Shown one piece after another: positions 48,234 through 57,748 of a stretch of DNA of 64,000 nt. How positions within the stretch are numbered: the first letter of the stretch is position 1; each line of letters begins with the position of its first letter. Under the pieces are notes generated by a model, which saw only the letters and a program-made list of their open reading frames with translations, had not been told where the DNA came from and did not search any database. Source of the stretch: an uncultured Verrucomicrobiae bacterium (GTDB taxonomy: Bacteria; Verrucomicrobiota; Verrucomicrobiia; Chthoniobacterales; JAFAMB01); assembly GCA_963762565.1 (NCBI GenBank), contig CAVXLD010000003.1, positions 608,001 to 672,000 of the forward strand. The letters are read 5' to 3'. The position numbers and the translations under genes are program-made.

Positions 48234-49292
48234 ATGGCACGTTTTCCGATTCGGACGACGTTACGCGACATCGCTCAACGAGCTGGCTGCCATTATTCGA
48301 CGGTCTCGCTTGCTTTACGCGAACATCCACGGATTCCGGAAGGGACCCGGTTGCGGATCCAAGAGATCGCTCATCAACTCGGCTATCAGCCAGATGCGAT
48401 GTTAGCTGCGTTATGCGCCTATCGAGAAAAAAAACGAGTCTCTGAACGGCGCGGTGTCATTGCCTGGTTGACGAACCACGCCGCGGAACGGGACTGGCGA
48501 AACTCGGCCTGCAATCGCGATTATTTTGAAGGCGCCGCTGCCCGCGCTGCAGAACGTGGCTACCGTGTGGAATGCTTTTGGCTCGCGGCACCGGGTATGA
48601 CTGGAGCCCGAATGAGCGAGATACTTTGGACCCGCAATATCCAAGGACTTCTAGTACCGCCGCAAGAAGGACTCTGTTCGATCGATATTGCCTGGCACAG
48701 ATTCGCCGCAGTGACCTTCGGCTACACACTGATCGAGCCGAAGTTGCACCTCGTTTCGAACCATGAATACCGGACGATGGGGAAGCTCTTTTCAGAGCTG
48801 CAGCAGCGTGGCTATCTACGTCTTGGCTTGGTGAACCGGCGGGATCACGATGAACGGGTGGATCACAACTGGCTGGCGGCTTATTTAGTGGAACAGAATC
48901 AGCTTCATCGTAAGAACCGTTTGCCGCCCCTGATCGTGGACCAATGGGACGATGAATCCTTTCTCGCTTGGTTCACGGCCTATCGACCGGACGCTATCGT
49001 GACTCGGTTGCCAGAGGTTTTGGTCTCATTGCGAAAAGCCGGCTATCGGGTTCCAGCCGATATCGGCGTTGCCTTTCATTCACTTGATGAAGGGCGTAAG
49101 GGCTTTTCGGGGATGAAGAAAAACTCGTTTCAGATCGGGGTGATGGCGGTTGACCTGCTGGTTGATATGCTGCATCGGAACGAACGCGGTATTCCAGCTA
49201 TCCCGTATCGGCTCATGGTTGAGGGTACCTGGTGTGAGGGGAAGACCTTGCTGACCGGGACTCGCCTGAAGCTAGTTCCGAATGACAAATAA
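48234..49292 (+). CDS. LacI family transcriptional regulator
   Basis: TLRDIAQRAGCHYSTVSLAL HTH, LGYQPD hinge, VPADIGV. Confidence 0.92.
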   Translation: MARFPIRTTLRDIAQRAGCHYSTVSLALREHPRIPEGTRLRIQEIAHQLGYQPDAMLAALCAYREKKRVSERRGVIAWLTNHAAERDWRNSACNRDYFEGAAARAAERGYRVECFWLAAPGMTGARMSEILWTRNIQGLLVPPQEGLCSIDIAWHRFAAVTFGYTLIEPKLHLVSNHEYRTMGKLFSELQQRGYLRLGLVNRRDHDERVDHNWLAAYLVEQNQLHRKNRLPPLIVDQWDDESFLAWFTAYRPDAIVTRLPEVLVSLRKAGYRVPADIGVAFHSLDEGRKGFSGMKKNSFQIGVMAVDLLVDMLHRNERGIPAIPYRLMVEGTWCEGKTLLTGTRLKLVPNDK

Positions 49293-49427
49293 CAAAGCTT
49301 CGAGCAAGTTAGCGCGGTCAACAGTTTGACTAAGAGCGCCCGTTGCCGTTTCAACCCGCGCTACTACTCTGGATCTGCAGGATACCGCGTTTTAGCTGTC
49401 GACAACCCGCAAGTGACTCCCCCAGGA

Positions 49428-50081
49428 ATGAATAGCCTTAGCTTGGAAAACATAGAAAGTTCCCTCCGCACGGTTGCAAAAATATCACTCGATAACGAAA
49501 AATTTTTTTGCGACTTAGATGGCGAAATGGGTGACGCCGATTTCGGCAAGACCCTGGCGGATGGGTTTCGTGCCGTGCTGCGCCAACTCGATGGCGACAT
49601 CGATCGTTCGTCGATAGGGACATTCTTAATGAAAGTGGGTTCGGCTTTTGCGGGAAGTGCGGGTGGTACCACCGGACCGATGTGGGGAACCGCTTTTCTT
49701 CGAGCCGGTATCAATTCCAAAGAGAAACAAACGATCAATTTGAGTGACCTCGTGGTAATGGGTCGGGCTGCAATCGCCGGCATGCAGGCGCGAGGCAAGG
49801 CATCGCAAGGCGACAAGACCTTGTTGGATGCGCTGATCCCGGCCGTTGACAAATTGGAGGAATACTCGCATGCGGCGCCCGGTGATTTGGTGCCCGCTTT
49901 CCGGGCCGCGGCTGCGGCTGCAGAAGATGCCATCGAGGGTACGCGCAATTGGACGGCGAAGCGGGGACGGCAATCCTATGCCGGCGACCGGACTATAGGA
50001 ACTCTGGATCCTGGCATCGTCGCGGTGGCGATGATGCTGCGAGCCGTTGCTATCGAACTTGGCACCGAGCCCGCCCACTAA
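49428..50081 (+). CDS. dhaL: Dihydroxyacetone kinase subunit L
   Basis: LDGEMGDADFG, GGTTGPMWG, GDKTLLDAL, AKRGRQSY, DPG. Confidence 0.9.
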   Translation: MNSLSLENIESSLRTVAKISLDNEKFFCDLDGEMGDADFGKTLADGFRAVLRQLDGDIDRSSIGTFLMKVGSAFAGSAGGTTGPMWGTAFLRAGINSKEKQTINLSDLVVMGRAAIAGMQARGKASQGDKTLLDALIPAVDKLEEYSHAAPGDLVPAFRAAAAAAEDAIEGTRNWTAKRGRQSYAGDRTIGTLDPGIVAVAMMLRAVAIELGTEPAH

Positions 50082-50129
50082 AATTCTCGTCCACATCACA
50101 ACCCCCCAACCCAAAAAAGTCGCGACCAA

Positions 50130-51125
50130 ATGAATAAATTCATGAATGCCCCGGAGAATTTCGTTGCCGAAATGCTCGAGGGGATCGCATTAGCCAATCC
50201 TGACAAGTTGAAGTACCAACCAAAATTCAATTGTATCTATAGAGCAGATCGGCCCAACGATAACTTCGTATCCGTGATTCAGGGCTCAGGCAGCGGTCAT
50301 GAACCGGCGCACGTGATGGCGGTAGGCCCAGGTATGCTGGATGCCGCTTGTCCCGGAAATGTGTTTGCCGCTCCGCCAATGGAGTATGTGCTCGAATGCA
50401 CCCGCCTCATGAACTCCAAGAAAGGCGTTCTGCATCTGATCAACAATTACACGGGTGATCGGGCGGCTTGGGAAATGGCGCGTGAGCTAGCCGAGGCGGA
50501 AGACCTCAAGATCGGGGTGGTACTAGTCAATGACGACGTAGCCGTGATGGATAGCACCTGGACGGTCGGCCGGCGCGGGGTAGCGGGGAATTTCTTTGTC
50601 ATCAAAGCTTGCGGTGCAGCTGCAGCCAAGGGAGCCGAACTCGCGGATCTGGTTAAATTAGGGGAGAAAGTAGTCAGCGTGGTTCGAACGATGGGGGTAG
50701 CGATTACCGGGTGCACTCCGCCTGGTAAAGACAAACCGATCTTCGAACTGGCTGACGGCGAGATGGAGATGGGGGTTGGTATCCACGGCGAAAAAGGCCG
50801 GCGTCGCGCTGCACTGCCGAACGCTGATGCGGTAGTTGATGAGCTTTTCGACGCCGTATCGAAGGATATTCCTTACCAGCGAGGAGACGAGGTTGCCCTC
50901 ATGATAAATGGCCTGGGGGGAACTCCACCCAGCGAGCTGTATCTATTATACCGTCGAGCCGCGCAGCGTTGCGCAGATGCCGGATACAATATCGCGCGAA
51001 ACTACGTAGGAAATTATTGCACATCCTTAGAGATGGCCGGGTTTTCTCTCACCTTGTTGCGCTTGGACGACGAGCTTAAGCAACTCTTGGATGCTCCAGC
51101 CGAAATCGCCGTGAGGATCTTTTAG
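50130..51125 (+). CDS. dhaK: Dihydroxyacetone kinase subunit K
   Basis: GSGSGHEP, NNYTGD, RRGVAG, GVGIHGEKG, NGLGGTP, TSLEMAG. Confidence 0.93.
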   Translation: MNKFMNAPENFVAEMLEGIALANPDKLKYQPKFNCIYRADRPNDNFVSVIQGSGSGHEPAHVMAVGPGMLDAACPGNVFAAPPMEYVLECTRLMNSKKGVLHLINNYTGDRAAWEMARELAEAEDLKIGVVLVNDDVAVMDSTWTVGRRGVAGNFFVIKACGAAAAKGAELADLVKLGEKVVSVVRTMGVAITGCTPPGKDKPIFELADGEMEMGVGIHGEKGRRRAALPNADAVVDELFDAVSKDIPYQRGDEVALMINGLGGTPPSELYLLYRRAAQRCADAGYNIARNYVGNYCTSLEMAGFSLTLLRLDDELKQLLDAPAEIAVRIF

Positions 51126-51146
51126 TTCAACAAAACCCAGGGGCTT

Positions 51147-51290
51147 GGAGCTAGAATCTAGGAGCTAGGAGGTGCAGCTGGAACCGCTGTCAGCGAATGA
51201 TATGACCAATGCGAGCTATGCTGCACATGTGTTTTTCGGGTTACTCGGGGGTACTCGTTGAAGGCCATGTCCTCCTAGCTCCTAGCTCCT
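51147..51290. repeat. Inverted GGAGCTA heptamer arms
   Basis: ggagctagaatctaggagctaggagg ... cctcctagctcctagctcct. Confidence 0.88.
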
Positions 51291-51298
51291 TTCAACTT

Positions 51299-52150
51299 AT
51301 GGCTGTCGTCTCGCTTAAAGAAATCTTAGGGCCTGCTTTTGAAAAACGGTACGGGGTTGGGGCGTTTAACATCGTGGATGATCTGACCATGATGGCGGTT
51401 CTAGACGCAGCGGTTGAGACCAGCTCACCCGTTATTATCCAGGTCTCGGTGAAGACGGTTAAATTCTGGGGAGCGCGATTAATTCGAGAGGCGTTCACGG
51501 AACTAGCCTCTCAACGCCCCATTCCAGCTACTCTCCATCTCGATCACTGTCCGGACGTTGCAATGATCAAAACCTGTCTGAAAGCCGGCTGGAATTCAGC
51601 CCTCTTTGACGCCTCTAATCTTACCTACGAAGAGAATTTGCGTCAGACGAAGGAGGTGGTCGGTTTCGCCAAGAAGCTAGGGGCAGGGGTTGAAGGCGAG
51701 CTGGAAGCGGTGAAAGGCGTTGAAGACGGCGTTGGCGGCGATCTGGAGGGCGAGTTGGTTCCGATCGATAAATGCATCGAGTTCATCGAAGCAACCGGGA
51801 TCGATTGTTTCGCTCCCGCCATTGGCACGGCCCACGGCATGTATTCGACGAAACCGGTGATTAACTTCGATCGAGTCAAAGAGATCACGACCCGAAAGTC
51901 TGTTCCCATCGTTTTACACGGTGGCACCGGGCTATCGGACGATACCTTTCACCGGCTAATACAGAACGGTTGCGCGAAAGTGAACATTTCTACCAAGCTA
52001 AAGATGCAGTTCGCCGACGGATTTCGGAGTTATCTCGAAGGTAAGCCGAAAGAATACGATCCTCTCAAATTGCTGAAATCCGTTCATGAAGGCGTTAAGA
52101 GCATGGCCGCTGGGTTCATGAATATCTTCGGGAGCGCCGGACAAGCGTGA
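51299..52150 (+). CDS. Class II fructose/tagatose-bisphosphate aldolase
   Basis: GAFN, LHLDH, VEGEL, AIGTAHG, VLHGGTG, KVNIST. Confidence 0.92.
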   Translation: MAVVSLKEILGPAFEKRYGVGAFNIVDDLTMMAVLDAAVETSSPVIIQVSVKTVKFWGARLIREAFTELASQRPIPATLHLDHCPDVAMIKTCLKAGWNSALFDASNLTYEENLRQTKEVVGFAKKLGAGVEGELEAVKGVEDGVGGDLEGELVPIDKCIEFIEATGIDCFAPAIGTAHGMYSTKPVINFDRVKEITTRKSVPIVLHGGTGLSDDTFHRLIQNGCAKVNISTKLKMQFADGFRSYLEGKPKEYDPLKLLKSVHEGVKSMAAGFMNIFGSAGQA

Positions 52151-52157
52151 CGATCCA

Positions 52158-52259
52158 AGATGGCAGATGACAGATTACAAATGACAAATACCGAGCCTTC
52201 CTCGAGGTACGCGTAAAGAGCGAGTCATTTGGCATCTGTCATTTGTGATCTGTCATTCT
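52158..52259. repeat. Inverted TGACARA heptamer arrays
   Basis: agatggcagatgacagattacaaatgacaaat ... atttggcatctgtcatttgtgatctgtcattct. Confidence 0.88.
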
Positions 52260-52265
52260 AAATGT

Positions 52266-53036
52266 ATGAGGGCGCTGATTTTTGATTGTGACGGAGTGCT
52301 CGCCGACACCGAGCGTCATGGCCACCTGGTTGCGTTCAATCGTATGTGGGAAAAGGCGGGGGTTCCCTGGCGCTGGCATGAGGAACAATATGCTGAAAAG
52401 TTAAAGATTGGCGGCGGCAAAGAGCGCATGCGGGCGCTATTCAGTGAGCCGGCATTTCAGGCGGTCTACCGAGTCCCGAAAGATGAGGCGGCCCAGAAAG
52501 AACTCTTGGCCCAGTGGCATGGGCAAAAGACCGCACTTTATCAGGAGATCATTGCTTCAGGAAGCGTTCCCGGGCGGACGGGAGTCAAACGCCTAGCGGA
52601 GGAGGCATTGGCTGCGGGCTGGTCGCTGGCGGTAGCATCAACCTCGGCGAAACCTTCAGTTGAAGCAGTACTTCGGTTCACTGTTGGCGATACTGTGGCC
52701 TCGCAGTTCAAAGTCTTTGCCGGGGATATTGTCCCAAAGAAAAAGCCGGCTCCGGATATCTATCAGTATGCGTTACGCGAAGTGGGCGTTCCGGCAGATG
52801 GCAGTATAGCGATCGAAGACTCACGTAACGGTTTGTTGGCCGCCGCCGCCGCCGGTATTCGAACCGTGATCACCACAAGTTATTTTACTTGTACTGAGAA
52901 CTTCGACGAGGCGGTGTTAGTGCTCGATTCGTTGGGTGAGCCCGAAGGGAAACCTTGTACGGTTCTGGCGAACCGGACTGGGCGCCGGGTCGGGCCGTTT
53001 CTGAAAGCCAGCGATCTGGACGCGATCATTGGGTGA
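52266..53036 (+). CDS. HAD-IA hydrolase, CbbY-like sugar-phosphate phosphatase
   Basis: FDCDGVLADTERHGH, GGGKERM, KKPAPDIY, IEDS. Confidence 0.88.
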   Translation: MRALIFDCDGVLADTERHGHLVAFNRMWEKAGVPWRWHEEQYAEKLKIGGGKERMRALFSEPAFQAVYRVPKDEAAQKELLAQWHGQKTALYQEIIASGSVPGRTGVKRLAEEALAAGWSLAVASTSAKPSVEAVLRFTVGDTVASQFKVFAGDIVPKKKPAPDIYQYALREVGVPADGSIAIEDSRNGLLAAAAAGIRTVITTSYFTCTENFDEAVLVLDSLGEPEGKPCTVLANRTGRRVGPFLKASDLDAIIG

Positions 53037-53075
53037 CGGTAGGGCGCTTTGCGAAGTCGGGTTTTCGCCCTACCG
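53037..53075. repeat. Family C palindrome between convergent genes
   Basis: cggtagggcg-ctttgcgaagtcgggtttt-cgccctaccg. Confidence 0.85.
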
Positions 53076-53079
53076 GAGC

Positions 53080-54675
53080 CTACCGCCGTTTCACCTTGGC
53101 CAACACTTTGTTAAACAGCGCCCAAGCCTCCGGTACCCGGAACGCGAGTGTTCCGCATAGGTAGAGCGCCCCGTACCAGGGCAACAAAACGATTCCCGCT
53201 ACAAGCGGGTGTCCGGTGAAGAAATGTTTTAAGGGAAAGACGATAGCAGCCGCTAACAGCGCCGAGGCCCATAGACGAGTGGCTAAGCCGGGCGGTAAGG
53301 AGAAATGATCTACCCTTTTTCTGAGAGTGTGGCGCAACAACAAGAACTCGATCCAACCGGCGATACCCGCGGAGGCAGTGAGGCCCGCTAGCCCGAGCTT
53401 GGGATCGAGATGCAACAACTTCGGCAGAGGAAACGCAAAAAGGTAGCCGAGAATAACCGTGAGCACGACTCGTACAGTCGCGAACTTCAGAGGTGTTCGC
53501 GTATCGCGCAGGGCGTAAAAGGTTGAAGAACAAAGCCGGCCGAAGGTCGACGCCAGCAAGCCAACGCCGGAGCCGGCCAGCAACGCCCAGAGATAAAGGA
53601 CATCCTGATGCGTGAAGAGGCCAGTCTGATAGATCACCGCTCCAATGGTGTCACCCAAAGCCAAGAAAGCGGCGGAAGAAGGGATCACAAAAAACGCCAT
53701 CCGGCGCAGGGCAGCGTTTAACCGTTCCGCTAGCGTGCGGCGCAAGTCCTGTTCATCGCTGCCAATAGCGCGAGACATTGCGGGAAGCTCGGCGGCGGAA
53801 ATCGACATCCCGAATAGGCTGATCGGCAACAACGCGATGGTTTGTCCGTTCGTTAAAAGAGCAACCGACCCTGAAGGCAGAAGGCTGGCCAGAAGGTTGT
53901 CGATATAAGCGCTGAGCTGCACAACCCCGCGGCTGATAAACACCGGCCCGAAGCTAGTAAAAACAGTACGGACTTGTTGAGAAGCAAGGTCTAGGGAGAA
54001 ACGAATCCGGCGAGTAACCCGGAAGACCGTGGGTAATTGGACCCCGAGCTGCCCGAAGCAACCTGCGACCGAACCCCAGGCGACCCAAATCGTGAGCTGA
54101 GACAGGGTAGGGACGTCGTGGAAGATCAGGAGCGCCGCAATGATCATGACGTTCCAAACAACCGGCGCCGTGTACGACAGAAAAAAATGACCGTGACTAT
54201 TTAGAATCCCCAGGCACCAGGCGGACAGGACTAGGGCGCCAATCCCAGGAAACATGATGCGAACCAGGGTGACGGTAAGCTCTCTTTTCGCACCGACAAA
54301 ACCGGGAGCGATGGCTTCGATCAGGAATGGCGCCAAAAGGATCCCGAGTAGAACCAAAGTCGAGGTCAGCAGCGCGAGGATAGACCCAATGACACTCGCA
54401 ACTTGATCCGCCTCTTTCTCATCTTTCGCGCCGAGCAGGCGGGCGTAAACCGGGATGAACGATGCCGATAACACCCCTTCACCGAAAAGATTCTGCAGAA
54501 AGTTAGGGATCCGCAACGCTGCGTTAAAGGCATCCGCGGCGTCGGAAATACCCAGGTAGTGGGCAAGCGCGCGCCCGCGGACGAGACCAAGAATCCGGCT
54601 GAGCAAGATTCCCGTGGCAATGAGCACTGCCGGCCGTCCGGAAGGCCTTTCGGTCTTCGCGGCATCTACGGACAT
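53080..54675 (-). CDS. murJ: Lipid II flippase MurJ (MviN)
   Basis: LSRILGLVR, DAFNAALRIPN...FGEG, FYALRDTRTP; many TM helices. Confidence 0.93.
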   Translation of the reverse strand: MSVDAAKTERPSGRPAVLIATGILLSRILGLVRGRALAHYLGISDAADAFNAALRIPNFLQNLFGEGVLSASFIPVYARLLGAKDEKEADQVASVIGSILALLTSTLVLLGILLAPFLIEAIAPGFVGAKRELTVTLVRIMFPGIGALVLSAWCLGILNSHGHFFLSYTAPVVWNVMIIAALLIFHDVPTLSQLTIWVAWGSVAGCFGQLGVQLPTVFRVTRRIRFSLDLASQQVRTVFTSFGPVFISRGVVQLSAYIDNLLASLLPSGSVALLTNGQTIALLPISLFGMSISAAELPAMSRAIGSDEQDLRRTLAERLNAALRRMAFFVIPSSAAFLALGDTIGAVIYQTGLFTHQDVLYLWALLAGSGVGLLASTFGRLCSSTFYALRDTRTPLKFATVRVVLTVILGYLFAFPLPKLLHLDPKLGLAGLTASAGIAGWIEFLLLRHTLRKRVDHFSLPPGLATRLWASALLAAAIVFPLKHFFTGHPLVAGIVLLPWYGALYLCGTLAFRVPEAWALFNKVLAKVKRR

Positions 54676-54690
54676 ATTTGGACCGTAACG

Positions 54691-55051
54691 GGATATCGGC
54701 GTGTGGGCGTATTGGCGTACACGCTCCCGACATAAGGGAGGAGTTCAAGGAGTTCAAGGAGCGCTTGGAGGGGAGCCGCTTTGGGACCTGCCTCCACGAC
54801 CCGCAAAACTTGTTCCGCAAAGCGCCGAAACCGGAGACCGTGAAAGCAGGCGGCTCCCGCGAATTACCCAGGGTTGTGCTTTTCAGGCGTGTGCTCTGCT
54901 CAGGCCCGATGAGTTGCAGGTGCGCCACCGAGGTGCCAAACGTTGGGTTATTCCCGGGAGCCGCCTGTTTACTGTATTTTGCGACTTCACCCACGCAGCC
55001 AGAAATTTTGCCAGGGCGGCAGGTCCACGGGCCAAAGCGGCTCCCCTCCAA
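54691..55051. repeat. Octamer array + AAGGAGTTC 9-mer array + Family A copy 6 (54761-55051, reverse orientation)
   Basis: A core loops 70, 97, 72 nt. Confidence 0.88.
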
Positions 55052-55630
55052 TCAGGGGCAGGCGCTAGGTTCGGGTGGGCGCTCTTTTCTTTTTCGAAAA
55101 ACCATGAAGGCGGTTGTGCCGCCGCCCGAGACTAGCGCAACCAGCGCTATAACCCATCTCAGTCCAAAGACGGCTAAGAATGGCGGTCCGAACACGGCGA
55201 AAAGGCTGAATATAAGCAGGAGCCATCCCAGTGCTCCAATCATGGTTACCACCAAGAAGCGCCTCGTCGGGTACCTCATCAGACCGGATACTACTAAGAG
55301 GGCGGTTCGCGTTCCCAGAACCAGCCGGCTAAAAATGAGCGCGAACCCGCCAAACCTGGTGAACCATCTCGAGGCTGACTCGACTTTTTCCCGAGAGACG
55401 AGGCTGCGGCCCCACCGTGAGTCGAGCGCCCTGGCGCCCCCGGTCTTTACCAGTAAATAAATGGTAAAATCGCTACTCCACATCCCGAGGAAACAAGCGA
55501 GGAAAGCTTGCCAGGCAGGGACTACTCCATTTAGAGCTAGCAAAGCGCCACTAACGACCGCCGAATCTTCCTGCAACATGACTGTAAAGAACAATCCGGT
55601 GAGGATGGCGATACTAGCGGGTTCGTGCAT
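55052..55630 (-). CDS. DedA/VTT (SNARE-associated) membrane protein
   Basis: QED..VVSG, SDFTIYL, WFTRFG, SRLVLGTR. Confidence 0.8.
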   Translation of the reverse strand: MHEPASIAILTGLFFTVMLQEDSAVVSGALLALNGVVPAWQAFLACFLGMWSSDFTIYLLVKTGGARALDSRWGRSLVSREKVESASRWFTRFGGFALIFSRLVLGTRTALLVVSGLMRYPTRRFLVVTMIGALGWLLLIFSLFAVFGPPFLAVFGLRWVIALVALVSGGGTTAFMVFRKRKERPPEPSACP

Positions 55631-55767
55631 TTTAAAAAGCGGCGGCGAAATTAAAGTTGAATTCAAATCAAAAACGAGGGATGCCAAGATCCAGAAAAAA
55701 GACCGACCATCCTGAAATCCGACCTTCTATAACGCCCCGATCTTCATCCAAGTAAAGAAAACACCTC

Positions 55768-56442
55768 ATGATGTGCTCAAAAAGCAAAGCCCAATTGGTA
55801 CTGGTCGCCTTCGCCGGTCTCGCCCTTTTCCCTTACCTACCGAAAGCGATGGCGGGGAGCGCCACGATCTCTGAATCCCCGAGTAAAGCCGTCGTCACTG
55901 GGCCAACTCAGAACGAGGATTTCATCACCGGCGGGCAATGGGACGTGATTGTTGCTGATGGATTTTACAGCATGGCAGCGTGGCCGAGAATACGTCACCC
56001 CCTCTATAGCTTCAATGAGACTGACCTGCAGCTAGGTTATATGTTTCCGGTGTGGGGCAACTACTTTTACCGGGGCAATTTTGAAGGACTTGCGCATCTC
56101 TTTCTTTGGGAATCAACCCGCGAGCATTCGGGGATTCTTGGCGGCGGCGCGCTGGATGTGCACTATAACTTCATTCAGCCGGGCTGGCGGCTGGTTCCTT
56201 ACATCGGCGCCAGCTTAGGAATTAGTGGAAACGATCTTTACGTTCAGCAGAGTCAGAATATCATCGGCGGACCGTTTGAATTCACCCTACAGGGGAAAGT
56301 GGGCGCCCGCTACTTCATGAATAAGAATTGGGGTTTTCTGATTGAGGGCGGATACCAGCATGTTTCCAACGACGACATCTATCGCCGCAACGTTGGTGTC
56401 AATCAGACCGGCGGTCGGTTTGGGATTTTTTGTACTTTCTAG
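55768..56442 (+). CDS. Acyloxyacyl hydrolase / PagL-like outer-membrane beta-barrel
   Basis: signal peptide, alternating beta strands, YQHVSN (H-x-S-N), terminal Phe. Confidence 0.75.
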   Translation: MMCSKSKAQLVLVAFAGLALFPYLPKAMAGSATISESPSKAVVTGPTQNEDFITGGQWDVIVADGFYSMAAWPRIRHPLYSFNETDLQLGYMFPVWGNYFYRGNFEGLAHLFLWESTREHSGILGGGALDVHYNFIQPGWRLVPYIGASLGISGNDLYVQQSQNIIGGPFEFTLQGKVGARYFMNKNWGFLIEGGYQHVSNDDIYRRNVGVNQTGGRFGIFCTF

Positions 56443-56495
56443 GCGCTGGGACGGTGTAGCAGAGAGGGGTATTGCGCACGTGGGGCCAGCCACGG

Positions 56496-56571
56496 ATAGG
56501 ACTTATGGGACCTATAGGACCTATGGGACTGGCGTATATGCGCCCTCCTAGCTCCTAGATTCTAGCTCCTC
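56496..56571. repeat. 9-mer array (ATRGGACYT)4 plus a reverse GGAGCTA heptamer arm
   Basis: ataggactt atgggacct ataggacct atgggact; tcctagctcctagattctagctcct. Confidence 0.85.
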
Positions 56572-57504
56572 TTTCCTGTGCTGTAGCAGCGCGCGATTGC
56601 GGCGAGCGATAACGGCGGCGGCTCGTTCTTCCGGCCAGGGATAGAAACCTTCGCCGGAACGTAGTCCGGTCTTACCGGCTGCGACTTTTTCTTTCATCAA
56701 TTGGAGGACGTCTTCGTCTTTTGCCAGCAACGGCATTAGATAGCTCGCAATGGTAAAGAACGTATCCAGTCCGCCGAGGTCCGCTGTTTCAATCGGGCCG
56801 ACCACCGAATAACGCGGTCCGAGCGAGGCCTTCATAGCGGTATCAACGGCTTCCGGGGTCGCTGCCCCAGAGCGGACGATGGCGAGAGCCTCGCGCAGTA
56901 CTGCGTACTGAAGGCGATTGCCGATAAAGCCCGGGATTTCCTTTGCCACCAATACCGGATCAGTCTTAACCGCGCGGAGAAATTCTAGGACCTTCTCGGT
57001 TACCTCTGGTTTGGTCGCCGGATTCGGTACGACCTCGACCAACGGGATCGCATGGGGCGGGTTCCAGAAATGAACCACGAGAAATCGTTCAGGATGGCGG
57101 AAGGGCCGGCAAAGCCCGGAAGGAAGCAGACCCGATGTGTTGCTGCCGATGATCGTGGAGGTAGAAACGATTTGTTCTAGCACGATGTACAATGCGTGTT
57201 TGGCTTCCAGATTTTCATAAATCGCTTCCAGGATCAGCTCGCTTTCTTTGCATGCCTCCAACTCAGGCGTGCAAACAACTCTTGCGGCGACAGTTTCCGG
57301 ATTTTCGTCGATTAGCTCGGCCGATAAAAGTTCAGCGGCGATCCCGCGAACCCTGCCTCGGGATTCGTCCAGCCGCCGCTGATCAGTGTCGATCAGAGTG
57401 ACCTTCACTTTGGCCGCCGCGAACACCGCCGCGATGCCCGTGCCCATCAGGCCTGAGCCGATAACCGAAGCCGTTGAAAAGACTGGACTGGAAGACTGTG
57501 ACAT
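56548..57504 (-). CDS. 3-hydroxyacyl-CoA dehydrogenase family protein
   Basis: VIGSGLMGTGIA, EAIYENLEAK, SNTS, HFWNPP, PGFIGNRL. Confidence 0.92.
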   Translation of the reverse strand: MSQSSSPVFSTASVIGSGLMGTGIAAVFAAAKVKVTLIDTDQRRLDESRGRVRGIAAELLSAELIDENPETVAARVVCTPELEACKESELILEAIYENLEAKHALYIVLEQIVSTSTIIGSNTSGLLPSGLCRPFRHPERFLVVHFWNPPHAIPLVEVVPNPATKPEVTEKVLEFLRAVKTDPVLVAKEIPGFIGNRLQYAVLREALAIVRSGAATPEAVDTAMKASLGPRYSVVGPIETADLGGLDTFFTIASYLMPLLAKDEDVLQLMKEKVAAGKTGLRSGEGFYPWPEERAAAVIARRNRALLQHRKEELESRS

Positions 57505-57520
57505 AGCCGAGGTTTGACTG

Positions 57521-57748
57521 AAAAATCTCACGCAAAGACGCAAAGACGCAAAGAAAAGAGAGTGAAAGGTGAAACGTAACGTGCAGCCGCGTTAGCGAGT
57601 ATGGGTGGGCGCTCCGCTCCGCACCTTATCACAGGACGCACTAGTTCCCGAAGGTGATACGCGATTACGTTTTGGGTGTCTTTGAGATCTTCTGTGAAAA
57701 TCTTCTCCGTTTTGACTTTGCGCCTTTGCGTCTTTGCGTGAGATTTTT
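57521..57748. repeat. Inverted ACGCAAAG octamer arms
   Basis: aaaaatctcacgcaaagacgcaaagacgcaaag ... ctttgcgcctttgcgtctttgcgtgagattttt. Confidence 0.9.
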
